From: Candidatus Woesearchaeota archaeon
GTDB taxonomy: Archaea > Nanobdellota > Nanobdellia > SCGC-AAA011-G17 > GW2011-AR18
Assembly: GCA_018302765.1 (NCBI GenBank)
Contig: JAGVZG010000023.1
Location: forward strand, 1-36,211
Direction of reading: 5' to 3'
Length of the DNA: 36,211 nucleotides
The translations under genes and the position numbers were made by a program. The notes under the pieces were generated by a model. It did not search any database, was not told the DNA's origin, and saw only the letters and a list, made by a program, of their open reading frames with translations. The number at the start of each line of letters is the position of its first letter. Position 1 is the stretch's first letter. Positions 1 to 9,321 of this stretch are shown here, in pieces.

Positions 1-368
1 CCTAAAGCTAATTCATCTGCTCCTACAGCAGCAGTTGCTAAATGAGTACTGTTTATTACAGTAATTGCACCAAGATCAAGATTACCTATAGCACCATCTA
101 CAATTTTTGTACTGTTAACAGAATTATCAGCAAGATCTTGAAGTAATATAGTATTATTAGCTATATCACCAGAAACTATTAATTCATCTGTAATATTATC
201 TAGCATTCCATTTGAAGTATTAAAACTAATATTCAACCAGTCCACAAGGTGAGTACCCCAAACATTTTCATGAGTACCTTGTGTAGGTAAATCAGCGTAA
301 GCAAGTCCACTCATCAGTAAAGTCGTCAAAGTCAAGATAAAGACTGTTAGAATGCCTCTTTTTTCCAT
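1..368 (-). CDS. Secreted/surface protein, N-terminal part (runs off the left edge)
   Basis: Translated by hand, absent from the track: MEKRGILTVFILTLTTLLMSGLAYADLPTQGTHENVWGTHLVDWLNISFNTSNGML...LADNSVNSTKIVDGAIGNLDLGAITVINSTHLATAAVGADELALG. Signal-peptide-like N-terminus, six N-x-S/T sequons, open to position 1. Confidence 0.8.
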   Translation of the reverse strand, partial: MEKRGILTVFILTLTTLLMSGLAYADLPTQGTHENVWGTHLVDWLNISFNTSNGMLDNITDELIVSGDIANNTILLQDLADNSVNSTKIVDGAIGNLDLGAITVINSTHLATAAVGADELAL

Positions 369-485
369 GTTATAAACTTAAGAATACAATTTCTATATAA
401 AATTTTAGCACCATTATAAAATGACAAATATTAAAAAAGTCTAAATTTGTAATATATAACGTCTTTAAATCAAAACTAACATAAA

Positions 486-965
486 TTAAGAGCTTAAATA
501 TTGCTTTATTTCATTCTTTAAGCTCTCAACAAACTTTTTTAGATCACTATCAACTCTGCTCTGTTTGGCTTCACTTACGTACTTCTCGTAAATTGCCCTC
601 AAAAATTTCTTAGTTGGAGATTTTTTCCATTTCTCCTGATAATCCCTTTCAATCTCTGCCTCAAAAGATACCTTTAACTTTCCATCAACGACCTTTGTTT
701 CATCAGCATAACCTTCCTTATAGTCACTTAAATCTATTTTAAGTTTTACAAAACATTTGTTATAGTCATCAACTTTTTTATCAGCAGCCCACTTTATAGT
801 TGTATTTTTAAAATCTCCCTTGACTTTTGTATCATAAACCTTCTCATCTAAATCATAATGATGCCTAGCAAAAAAATCCTTAATAACTTGAAGAAATTCT
901 TTAAAATCAAAAACACCTTCATAAATAAATTCAACATCTTTAACAATCTTATCTGTATGAACCAT
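486..965 (-). CDS. Uncharacterized protein, paralogue 3 of tandem trio
   Basis: 159 aa ORF; shares YxGxFDF...EKxY...DY...W...FL..IYEKY pattern with the two upstream ORFs. Confidence 0.85.
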   Translation of the reverse strand: MVHTDKIVKDVEFIYEGVFDFKEFLQVIKDFFARHHYDLDEKVYDTKVKGDFKNTTIKWAADKKVDDYNKCFVKLKIDLSDYKEGYADETKVVDGKLKVSFEAEIERDYQEKWKKSPTKKFLRAIYEKYVSEAKQSRVDSDLKKFVESLKNEIKQYLSS

Positions 966-1009
966 AATCTCTCCTTAGCAACTTAATTAATAATGTTTTC
1001 GGTTAATAA

Positions 1010-1516
1010 TCAGAATCTATACAAGTTAAAGAAATTCTTAACTTCATCCATTAACTTATTTGTGTCTTTATATAATTCTATTTTAAACTGCTCTGTTTTA
1101 TCTCCTACAATATATCTCTCATAAAGTTTAAACATCAAATTATCTTCATCCCATGCCTTGTTTGCATTTCTGATTAACTTAGAGCTAAACTCGATCTCGA
1201 CCTCGCACTTATCCATTTTAATTTTCTTTCCGTCCTTCTCAACTTCTATTTCAGTTAAATCTATTACAAAGAACTTAATATCAATGTTCAAAGAAAAATA
1301 TCCACCTTCTTCTCCCTTACTTGTACTCCAAACAACTTCTATCTGCTTGCCTGATGGCTTAATTCTCTCAGAGTATTTTTTTTCTCCTGATTCACAAGGA
1401 TCAGAATATTTTTCCCTTATTAACCACTCTCTAAGTTTTCTATATAACAAATTAAAATCAAAAGTTCCCTTGTATTTTATCTTTGCACCCCTAATAATAG
1501 CATCCTCTTTTGGCAT
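1010..1516 (-). CDS. Uncharacterized protein, paralogue 2 of tandem trio
   Basis: 168 aa ORF; YKGTFDF...EKKY...W...KLYERY. Confidence 0.85.
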   Translation of the reverse strand: MPKEDAIIRGAKIKYKGTFDFNLLYRKLREWLIREKYSDPCESGEKKYSERIKPSGKQIEVVWSTSKGEEGGYFSLNIDIKFFVIDLTEIEVEKDGKKIKMDKCEVEIEFSSKLIRNANKAWDEDNLMFKLYERYIVGDKTEQFKIELYKDTNKLMDEVKNFFNLYRF

Positions 1517-1551
1517 AGAACATTAATCCAAAAGCTAATTAATAAGGCTTT

Positions 1552-2025
1552 CTAAGAATAAAATCCAAAATTATTTTTTATAGAATCATGAATTGTATTT
1601 CCATCTTTAATCATAAAAGGAATTATATATGTTTTCTTCAAAGTAGGCTCTGTAACTTTAAGATAAAGGCCTAATAAAAATCTATCAAATTTTCTCATAC
1701 CCCATCTATTTTTATAATCATATATTAATTTGCCACTAATAATTACTTTGCAATCCCCATGGTCTCTTTCTTTTACTTTATTTATGTTGTCAAAATAAAA
1801 ATTAATCTCAAAAACAGCCTCAACAAAATAATCAATTTCTCTATCAAGAATAAAACTAAACTTTATTTCATTTCCATATTTTCCAGGTTTGTTAACTTGC
1901 TCTTTTTCAATTAAAGCATAACCAAGCTTGTCAGAAATCTGTTTTACTCCTTTGTAGATTTTTCCTATGTCAAAATCTTCATCAGAAACATAAATATTTT
2001 TACTAACTATAGATTTCTCAATCAT
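1552..2025 (-). CDS. Uncharacterized protein, paralogue 1 of tandem trio (most divergent)
   Basis: 157 aa ORF; DFDIGKIY...EKE...DHGD...DYKNRW...FL..LY. Confidence 0.8.
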   Translation of the reverse strand: MIEKSIVSKNIYVSDEDFDIGKIYKGVKQISDKLGYALIEKEQVNKPGKYGNEIKFSFILDREIDYFVEAVFEINFYFDNINKVKERDHGDCKVIISGKLIYDYKNRWGMRKFDRFLLGLYLKVTEPTLKKTYIIPFMIKDGNTIHDSIKNNFGFYS

Positions 2026-2035
2026 TAAAGAGTTT

Positions 2036-2587
2036 TTAATTTAAGTAATTAATAATCCTTTCGTTTCTATCACATTCTTTGCATAAGAACCTATCACCTA
2101 CAAGTTTGACTAAGGAATACATCTTGCAATTATCGCACTCGCTATCAACGTAATTACTTCTTGAACTAAACAACCTACTCTTATCTAGAATTAATTCAAA
2201 TAACTGAGGCTGCACTCTTAAAATGTCATTGAGAGTAAGAAGTCCTGCAAGAATTCCATCTTTATTTATTACTGGTAATCTCCTAATGTTATACTTTGTC
2301 ATGGTTTTGACTGCCTCTAATATATCAACACTTGGCTGAACAGTTACAAGAATATTGCTCATGATACTGCTAATTTTAGTTTTCTTTGGATTAAGATTAT
2401 TTAGTATTATCTTCTCTACTAAATCCTTCTCAGTAACAATCCCTTTCAAGATTTTATTCTCTTGTACTAATAAGCTTCCAACCTTCGCCTTAAGCATTAA
2501 CTTCACGCAATCTTCTACGCTCATTTCAGGTCCGACAACTACTGGTGTCTTGGTCATAGCATCCATTACGCTTATTCTAATTTTCAT
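2036..2587 (-). CDS. CBS-pair protein with C-terminal CxxC-CxxC zinc ribbon
   Basis: Two CBS motifs (VGSLLV...GIVTEKDL; IRRLPV...GLLTLNDI) plus CDNC...CKEC. Confidence 0.9.
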   Translation of the reverse strand: MKIRISVMDAMTKTPVVVGPEMSVEDCVKLMLKAKVGSLLVQENKILKGIVTEKDLVEKIILNNLNPKKTKISSIMSNILVTVQPSVDILEAVKTMTKYNIRRLPVINKDGILAGLLTLNDILRVQPQLFELILDKSRLFSSRSNYVDSECDNCKMYSLVKLVGDRFLCKECDRNERIINYLN

Positions 2588-2686
2588 AAGCTAAAAAAGA
2601 CAAAACTACTTAATAAAGAATATCATAAACTAAAACATAATAACAAAAAGATAAATATTTAAAAGCTAAACCATTGGGCAATAGTA

Positions 2687-3334
2687 ATGGATCTTAGAGA
2701 GCTAAATATAAAATTAACAAAAGAAAGTTTAAAGAAAGAAACATCAAGAGACATTCTTATTATCCAAACAATCCATACAATAGATGAACTAATAAATATA
2801 ATAAATATGCTGACAGCAAACTTAAGAGAAAGATACGGCTACTATGCACCTAGAATTTCAAAAACAGCAGATCAAGATAAATTATTAGAAGAAATTGAGG
2901 GAAAAACAAAAGAAGACATTGGAATGGATCTAACACAAAATGATCTAGATTCAATTCTAAAACTTTCAAGGGAAATAAAAAAATTAATTGAACTAAAAAA
3001 TTTACAAGAAGATTATATTGAAGAACTTACAAAAGAATTATGTCCAAAATTAGCTGAAGTAGCAACACCATTAATAGCTTCTCGTCTTATTGATCATGCA
3101 GGCTCTCTTAAGCACCTTGCTGAACTGCCTTCTTCAACAGTACAAGTATTGGGGGCTGAAAAAGCATTGTTCAGGCACCTGAAAACAGGCTCAAAAGCTC
3201 CAAAATTTGGGATAATATTTACCCACACAAACATTACTAATGCAGCGCAAGAACAAAAAGGCAAAGCTGCAAGAAAATTAGCAAGTGAAATATCAAAAGT
3301 TGTAAAAATTGATTTCTTCAGGCATAGAAATTAA
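2687..3334 (+). CDS. nop5: Nop5 (Nop56/58) box C/D sRNP subunit, short form
   Basis: Nop-domain motif LPSSTVQVLGAEKALFRHL...PKFGII; RDILIIQ...LRERYG coiled-coil region. Confidence 0.9.
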   Translation: MDLRELNIKLTKESLKKETSRDILIIQTIHTIDELINIINMLTANLRERYGYYAPRISKTADQDKLLEEIEGKTKEDIGMDLTQNDLDSILKLSREIKKLIELKNLQEDYIEELTKELCPKLAEVATPLIASRLIDHAGSLKHLAELPSSTVQVLGAEKALFRHLKTGSKAPKFGIIFTHTNITNAAQEQKGKAARKLASEISKVVKIDFFRHRN

Positions 3335-3424
3335 CAAAAAGAAACAACTAACAAGTAATAACAAAACGAAAGATTTTTAAGCGGTAGTGTTTGACATTTA
3401 TAAGTAACTTAAGTAAGAAAAATT

Positions 3425-4186
3425 ATGAGCCGCAAAAACACAGCTAGACTTACAAGAATAATCGAAAGAAATAGTATAAACTCAAGAGAAATAAGTATTG
3501 CATCACAACTATCTTTAGAGATTATAGTAGACGGTCCTGATGGAACAGGAAAAACAACCCTAAACAGTCTTATTTATGGACAACTTATAACTGAAGCAGA
3601 CACTAAAATTGTTGATGAAGCAGATAATGACCCATTTGCACAAGCCAGAAGTGAATACAAAAAATCAAATTCTACAGACCCACTGGTTTTGCTAATGAGT
3701 AAATGTGCAGGAAGATTAGAGTCTATACGAAGAACAAAAAGAGAATTAGAAGAAAAAATGATTAGACTGCATGAAAGAGGTTATGGAACTACAGCAGCAG
3801 AATATTTAGCTAGTACTATTGGAAATGGATATTCTCAACCTAAAGCATGTATAAAGTTCGATGAATTTAAAGCTGTATTTGACAGAATGAAAAAAACATA
3901 CCTAATACCAGACCTACATCTAATCCTAGACTGTGAACCAAATACGGCATCTGAAAGGATTGCAAGTAGATATAGAGAACAGCACGTAAGGCCTACAGAT
4001 TCAGAGTCACCTTTATCTATTAGAACAGTAAGAGGTTACTTTCTGGCAATAGCAGACCTAATTCCAAATGTATATATAATAAACACAACAGAAAAGACTA
4101 AAGATGAAGTGGCAAAGGAAGCAATTGAATTAATTAAAGCCATGCCAAAATATCAACAAATTAAATCTGCACGAACTAGAGAGTAA
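3425..4186 (+). CDS. Divergent thymidylate-kinase-like P-loop kinase
   Basis: IIVDGPDGTGKTT P-loop, ERG (DR-equivalent), PDLHLILDCEPNTASERI lid region. Confidence 0.7.
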   Translation: MSRKNTARLTRIIERNSINSREISIASQLSLEIIVDGPDGTGKTTLNSLIYGQLITEADTKIVDEADNDPFAQARSEYKKSNSTDPLVLLMSKCAGRLESIRRTKRELEEKMIRLHERGYGTTAAEYLASTIGNGYSQPKACIKFDEFKAVFDRMKKTYLIPDLHLILDCEPNTASERIASRYREQHVRPTDSESPLSIRTVRGYFLAIADLIPNVYIINTTEKTKDEVAKEAIELIKAMPKYQQIKSARTRE

Positions 4187-4224
4187 CAGTAACTCTTTTA
4201 TTCTTGTATAAATTTTAAAACAAC

Positions 4225-4899
4225 ATGGAAGTACAAAAATCAAAATACGAAGGCATATACTCTATTAATTTAAAAAATAGAAGATTAATTGCAACACAAA
4301 GTATTACTCCTGGTAAAACATTTTTTAATGAAAAAACCTACAAAGAAAACAATTATGAATACAGGGAATTTAATCCTTCGCATTCAAAATTAGCATCTGC
4401 TGTTATAAAGAAAATATCTTTAATGCCAATAAAAAAAGGAGATGCAATATTATATTTAGGAGCTTCTCATGGGTATACACCATCATTTATCTCAGACATT
4501 GTAGGAAAAGGAGGCATGATATTCTGCCTTGACTTTGCACCAAGAGTAGTAAGAGACCTACTTTTTGTATGTGAAGAAAGAGAAAATATGACCCCCATAC
4601 TAGCTGACGCAAACAAGCCAGAAACTTATAAAAATAGAATATCTCAAGTGAACCTAATTTATCAAGATGTAGCACAAAAAAATCAAGTAGAAATTTTAAT
4701 AAAAAATCTAGAGTTCTTAAAGCCAAAGGGATACGCTTTAATAGCAATAAAAGCAAGAAGTATTGACGTAACAAAATCGCCACAAAAAATTTACAGAGAA
4801 GTAGAAGAAAAACTAAAAGAAAAACTAAAAATTATTGATCAAAAAGAACTAGATCCTTTTCAAAAAGATCACTGTTTCTTTGTTTGCCAGAAAAAGTAA
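4225..4899 (+). CDS. flpA: Fibrillarin-like rRNA/tRNA 2'-O-methyltransferase
   Basis: YREFNPSHSKLASA, ILYLGASHGYTPSFISD, IYQDVAQKNQ, IKARSIDVT. Confidence 0.95.
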   Translation: MEVQKSKYEGIYSINLKNRRLIATQSITPGKTFFNEKTYKENNYEYREFNPSHSKLASAVIKKISLMPIKKGDAILYLGASHGYTPSFISDIVGKGGMIFCLDFAPRVVRDLLFVCEERENMTPILADANKPETYKNRISQVNLIYQDVAQKNQVEILIKNLEFLKPKGYALIAIKARSIDVTKSPQKIYREVEEKLKEKLKIIDQKELDPFQKDHCFFVCQKK

Positions 4900-4938
4900 A
4901 AGGAAAGGCTTATATCCAATTATAATATCTCTTAAAAT

Positions 4939-5085
4939 ATGCAGGGGGAACTAGTCAAACCTACAAAAAGAAACAAATGCGATTACTGCGATGAATTAGC
5001 AACATACAAGGTAAAAAAACAAGAAGAACCAACATTATATTTGTGCCCTGCGTGCTTTAAAGAAAATAAACTTGATAAAAAATAA
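4939..5085 (+). CDS. 48-aa putative zinc-finger microprotein (not in ORF track)
   Basis: Hand translation MQGELVKPTKRNKCDYCDELATYKVKKQEEPTLYLCPACFKENKLDKK*; CxxC-x18-CxxC; fills the gap between flpA and phoU. Confidence 0.7.
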   Translation: MQGELVKPTKRNKCDYCDELATYKVKKQEEPTLYLCPACFKENKLDKK

Positions 5086-5086
5086 A

Positions 5087-6046
5087 TTATTTCTTATCTT
5101 GATTTCTCATTCCCATCTTCAGCAAAACTTTGGATATATTACCGCAATAAATATTCATTGATCTCATTTTCTCTAGAAAATAAACATAGTCTCTAGGCAG
5201 TTTATCAATGCAATAATCTAATTTTTCAAATATATTGCCTTTATTTGCTATAACGTCTAATGCAAGAGGTATATTTTTTGTAAAGTTTGCTCTCATAGCT
5301 GCTTTATATTGCTCAACTAAAGCATTATAAGCATCAATCACTGTCTTGTCAACTTTAGATTTGATATGTCTAGGAATTCTCTTCAATTGATCTCCTATTT
5401 TCTCTACAAATAAAGTTAGCTCCCAATAATAAAAAATTTCATCTACATTTAATTTTAATTTTGCACCGTCAACAGGATCTAAACCTCTCTTAAGAACCTT
5501 AAAAACTAAATTAGCCAATCTATTTACATCTGTTTCTTTTTGTTCTAAAGCTTCTAAACAACTGTCAATATTTCCTGAAAGGGCATTATTAACATCTTCT
5601 ATCATAGATAAAATTATTCTGTCAATTCTTCTAAGAATATCATAAGGAGCAACATCACTTACATTCAATAAGTCTTTCAATACAACTTTTGTAGAACTTT
5701 GCTGCACAACTTCCAAAGCTGCCAAGCTCTCAACAACTTTTCTTATTTCAGGCATATGCTTATGCAGATCTTTCCCTAAAATATTAATCAAATTAAAATT
5801 ACTTATATAAGCATAAATCAGTTCTGCCTTAAATCTTTGCTTGTCTTCAGTGTATTCAATAGAAATTTCTGTATCCTCTTTGCTATTTATGTTATTTGTA
5901 TTAAATGGTCTAACTTTAATTGCATCATTCTCTACGTCTAACATTAGCCCGTCTCCCTTCTTCAAACCATGCTTATTAATCCAATCTTTAGGCAAACTAA
6001 CAACAAAAGAACTGTCTCCAAACCCTATAAGTTTTCTATATCCCAT
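5087..6046 (-). CDS. phoU: Archaeal PhoU-family phosphate uptake regulator with N-terminal AbrB-like domain
   Basis: RKLIGFGDSSFVVSLPKDW AbrB-like start; ETDVNRL and VEKIGDQ PhoU repeats. Confidence 0.85.
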   Translation of the reverse strand: MGYRKLIGFGDSSFVVSLPKDWINKHGLKKGDGLMLDVENDAIKVRPFNTNNINSKEDTEISIEYTEDKQRFKAELIYAYISNFNLINILGKDLHKHMPEIRKVVESLAALEVVQQSSTKVVLKDLLNVSDVAPYDILRRIDRIILSMIEDVNNALSGNIDSCLEALEQKETDVNRLANLVFKVLKRGLDPVDGAKLKLNVDEIFYYWELTLFVEKIGDQLKRIPRHIKSKVDKTVIDAYNALVEQYKAAMRANFTKNIPLALDVIANKGNIFEKLDYCIDKLPRDYVYFLEKMRSMNIYCGNISKVLLKMGMRNQDKK

Positions 6047-6158
6047 GATACTAAATATATATTATATATCTTTTATATTAAAAATATAGGTTAGTCTTAT
6101 ATATAAACCTAACTCCTTATGAAATATAATAAAGTGAGGGAGGGGTAGAATAAAATTG

Positions 6159-6437
6159 ATGGTTTTTGCATTACTAGGAGTACATCAAAATAAAATTGAA
6201 AACGTACTCAGCAAAATAAAAAGCCTTGGCAACAAATATGTAAATAAAGTTCACCTAGTTTATGGAGAATATGATATAATAGCAGAAATTAAAGCTCACA
6301 ATCCTGAGACATCAACAAATATTCTAAAAACTTTAAGAGAAACTGATGGAGTAAACACTCTTAAAACATACGTTGTCTCAGACCAGCTAACAGATGAAGG
6401 TTTAAGCACGTTACTGCCTCCGGAACAACAATGGTAG
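6159..6437 (+). CDS. Lrp/AsnC ligand-binding (RAM) domain protein
   Basis: VHLVYGEYDIIAEI...LRETDGVNTLKT; ATG at 6159 (track uses TTG 6156). Confidence 0.75.
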   Translation: MVFALLGVHQNKIENVLSKIKSLGNKYVNKVHLVYGEYDIIAEIKAHNPETSTNILKTLRETDGVNTLKTYVVSDQLTDEGLSTLLPPEQQW

Positions 6438-6473
6438 TTTTCTGACTTTTTCATCTGTTAGTTTTTATAATTA

Positions 6474-7223
6474 TTAAATGATTGAACTTTTTTCCCAAAT
6501 TGAATTAAAATAATTAACATAAGCATTAGATAAATCTTTATTTCTTATTCTTAAAACAATCCTTCCATTTTTTATTTTATTATCCTTAATTACAACTTGA
6601 GATTCCTCATCATCCTTTATTAACAAAGAAAATCCCAATAATGGATAATATTTTACTTTTATATCAGATTTTTTCAACTCCTTGATTAGCTCTCTATCAA
6701 AATCAGGATTTGTAACAATAAATTTACACACAACGTTTCTCTTTATAGCAGATCTTAAAGAATGAATAATATCAAGTATTGATTGAGTAGCACCACTTCC
6801 AATTAAAAAGAAACTAGTTTTAGCTTCTTTCATTAATATATTTCCTAATTTATAGGACTGCTCTCTTCCAGTATATAGTTCAAGAACCTCTTCATATTTC
6901 TTAATTAAGCCAGTCTTTTTAATTAACTTTAATTCTTTAACTGTATAGTTCTCTAAATTTGACAATTCATCTTTTTTATTTTTTATATAAGAAGATACTG
7001 CTATTTCAGGATCAACAGCCTGAAAGGCAAGAGGTTCATTCTGTATGATTTGAATAAATCCTTTTTGTTTTAAAGAATCCAAATTTCTATAAACTGATGT
7101 CGTAGGAACTCCTGATTTTTCACCTACATCTTTTCCAAGAAGATTTTCATATTTAATTAATGCCAAGTAGCATTTAGACTCATATTTGCTTAATCCTAAC
7201 TTTTGTAAATTTTCTATTTCCAT
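6474..7223 (-). CDS. TrmB-family transcriptional regulator
   Basis: LGLSKYESKCYLAL...SGVPTTSVYRNLDSL...FQAVDPE wHTH plus PLD-like C-terminus ending FNSIWEKS. Confidence 0.9.
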   Translation of the reverse strand: MEIENLQKLGLSKYESKCYLALIKYENLLGKDVGEKSGVPTTSVYRNLDSLKQKGFIQIIQNEPLAFQAVDPEIAVSSYIKNKKDELSNLENYTVKELKLIKKTGLIKKYEEVLELYTGREQSYKLGNILMKEAKTSFFLIGSGATQSILDIIHSLRSAIKRNVVCKFIVTNPDFDRELIKELKKSDIKVKYYPLLGFSLLIKDDEESQVVIKDNKIKNGRIVLRIRNKDLSNAYVNYFNSIWEKSSII

Positions 7224-7224
7224 T

Positions 7225-7272
7225 AGTAGTATACAGCTAATAATAGTATTTAAATGCTACTATTTTACTACT
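7225..7272. promoter_or_regulatory. Divergent promoter with two inverted-repeat pairs (candidate TrmB operator)
   Basis: AGTAGTA(7225-31)/TACTACT(7266-72) and AATAGTA(7242-48)/TACTATT(7258-64) flanking TTTAAA(7249-54) in the 65-bp gap between divergent genes. Confidence 0.55.
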
Positions 7273-7288
7273 TAGTAATACATATAAA

Positions 7289-7927
7289 ATGAACCAAGAA
7301 ATAGTATATGCAGATAGAACAGCACTAATAGTTATAGATATGCAATATGAATTTGTACACCAAAATGGAGCAATATATGTTAAACAAGCAGAAGAACAAA
7401 TTCCATTAATTTCAGATTTAATAAATTACTGTAGAACAAAAGGAATTTTTATTATATATACCAAAGTTATATGGAATGATGATAGCGAAGTTCCTAAATC
7501 TTTACTTAAAGGAATGCCTTTTAAATTTGAAGCTAACAAAAAAATATTAAGAAGATATTTAGATAGCAAACCAAATCTCATGGTAGAAATTCATGAGGAA
7601 CTTAAACCTAAAGATTTAGATTACTTAGTTGGAAAAAAATACTTTGATGCATTTTATAATACTAATTTAGATGCAACACTTGATAAAATTAGTAAAAAGA
7701 ATGGTAAGACCATAGAAAATTTGATATTTACTGGAACAACAATAAATAATTGTGTTTATTCTACAATGTTGGGAGCCTCCCATAGGAATTATAAAACAAT
7801 TGCAATAAAAGATTGTATTTCTGGATTTCCAGGGGAAGATTTAGATTTTTGGTTTAATAGGCAAATGCCTAATTTTCTAGGAACTGTTGTCTTAACAGCT
7901 GAAGAACTAAAAACAAAAATAAAATGA
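7289..7927 (+). CDS. Isochorismatase-family cysteine hydrolase
   Basis: TALIVIDMQ (Asp), VGKKYFDAFYNT (Lys), FTGTTINNCVYST (Cys) catalytic triad. Confidence 0.9.
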   Translation: MNQEIVYADRTALIVIDMQYEFVHQNGAIYVKQAEEQIPLISDLINYCRTKGIFIIYTKVIWNDDSEVPKSLLKGMPFKFEANKKILRRYLDSKPNLMVEIHEELKPKDLDYLVGKKYFDAFYNTNLDATLDKISKKNGKTIENLIFTGTTINNCVYSTMLGASHRNYKTIAIKDCISGFPGEDLDFWFNRQMPNFLGTVVLTAEELKTKIK

Positions 7928-9321
7928 ATTACATAAAAACCGGAAATAAATGGGATTTAATAGTTGCCAGAAGGAACTGCATACTTAGAATAAATTTAAT
8001 ACTCCATGGTGGATCATTAACACTTAAAGATGAAATTGATTTCAAAGATAACCAAGTTTTAACTTTAAATTATGATAAACAAATTGGTGTTTATAATAGC
8101 GAAGAGCATCTAAAAAAAATGGGTTTATCTATTGTAAAAGCGATAGAAGAAAATCCAAATTTTATTAAAAATAATATTAAAAAATGTGAAGAAGTATGTA
8201 AAAATCTAGTTAAAATTTCTGAAAAAAGTTCTCAAGATGAAAATTTGGTTATTGCTTTCAAAAACTATATGGAATCATATCATAAATTTTCAACTTTTAT
8301 GTTTTTTCCAATAGGAATAGAGAAAATTATAACTAATAAAGTAAAAGAACATCTAAAAAAATTTCTAAAGGAAGAAGAATTTCAAGAAGTATTTAATAAA
8401 ATTACAACTCCGCCTAGGATTTTAGATTCTATAAGGGAACAAGTTGATTTAATGAAAATAGCATTAAAAATAGAAGAAAATCCAGCTATAGAAGTAGAAC
8501 TTATTAAAAAACATATAGAATATTATGGCTATTTATATGTTTACAATCAAGATGAAAATCTTCCAAGTTTAGAATCTTATAAAGAACGTTTGCATTACTT
8601 AGTAAACAATAACAATAAAGTTAGAGCTATTGAAGAAGAATATAATAAAACAAATAAAGAATTTAATGAAATAATAAAAAAATTAAATATCTCAGGCCAT
8701 ATTCTTGATTTAATTAAAATATTACGTGAATATGTTTATTTAAGATCTTATCGTTTAGAAATGTTAAATAAATCAAATTTTTTGATTCAGCCGTTATTAA
8801 TAAAAATAAGTAAAAAATTCAATCTAAATTTACAAGAAGTATGTGCTTTAACTGCTGAAGATATTATAAATCTACTTGAAATTGAAAAAAGAATAAATGG
8901 TTATATTTATCTACAGCAAGGAAATAATTATAAAATATTTACCGATAATCTAGAAGAAATAAAAGAAGAAGAATTTGGCAAAGAAGAAGATTACATAGAA
9001 GTTAACAAAATTGAAGGATTAACATCTTGTAAAGGAAAAGTAATTGGTAAAGTTAGAGTAATTCTCAAAAAAGAGGAAATATCTATGTTGCAAAAAGGAG
9101 AAATTTTAGTTACTTCAATGACAACGCCAGAATATATTGTAGCTATGGAAAAATCAGCAGCAATAATAACTGATGAAGGTGGAGTTCTTTGCCATGCAGC
9201 TATAGTTAGTCGAGAAATGAATATTCCATGTGTAATTGGCACAAAAATAGCAACTAAAGTTCTAAAAACTGGAGATTTAATAGAAGTAGATGCAAATAAT
9301 GGTTTAATAAAAATTTTATAA
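7924..9321 (+). CDS. Protein with C-terminal PEP-utilizing (phosphohistidine) mobile domain, no ATP-grasp domain
   Basis: GEILVTSMTTPEY...AAIITDEGGVLCHAAIVSREMNIPCVIGTK; 4-nt ATGA overlap with upstream gene. Confidence 0.85.
   Translation: MNYIKTGNKWDLIVARRNCILRINLILHGGSLTLKDEIDFKDNQVLTLNYDKQIGVYNSEEHLKKMGLSIVKAIEENPNFIKNNIKKCEEVCKNLVKISEKSSQDENLVIAFKNYMESYHKFSTFMFFPIGIEKIITNKVKEHLKKFLKEEEFQEVFNKITTPPRILDSIREQVDLMKIALKIEENPAIEVELIKKHIEYYGYLYVYNQDENLPSLESYKERLHYLVNNNNKVRAIEEEYNKTNKEFNEIIKKLNISGHILDLIKILREYVYLRSYRLEMLNKSNFLIQPLLIKISKKFNLNLQEVCALTAEDIINLLEIEKRINGYIYLQQGNNYKIFTDNLEEIKEEEFGKEEDYIEVNKIEGLTSCKGKVIGKVRVILKKEEISMLQKGEILVTSMTTPEYIVAMEKSAAIITDEGGVLCHAAIVSREMNIPCVIGTKIATKVLKTGDLIEVDANNGLIKIL

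Noticed and set aside
2600-5086. Box C/D guide RNAs near nop5 and flpA
   Set aside because: No RUGAUGA...CUGA pair seen in the intergenic gaps.
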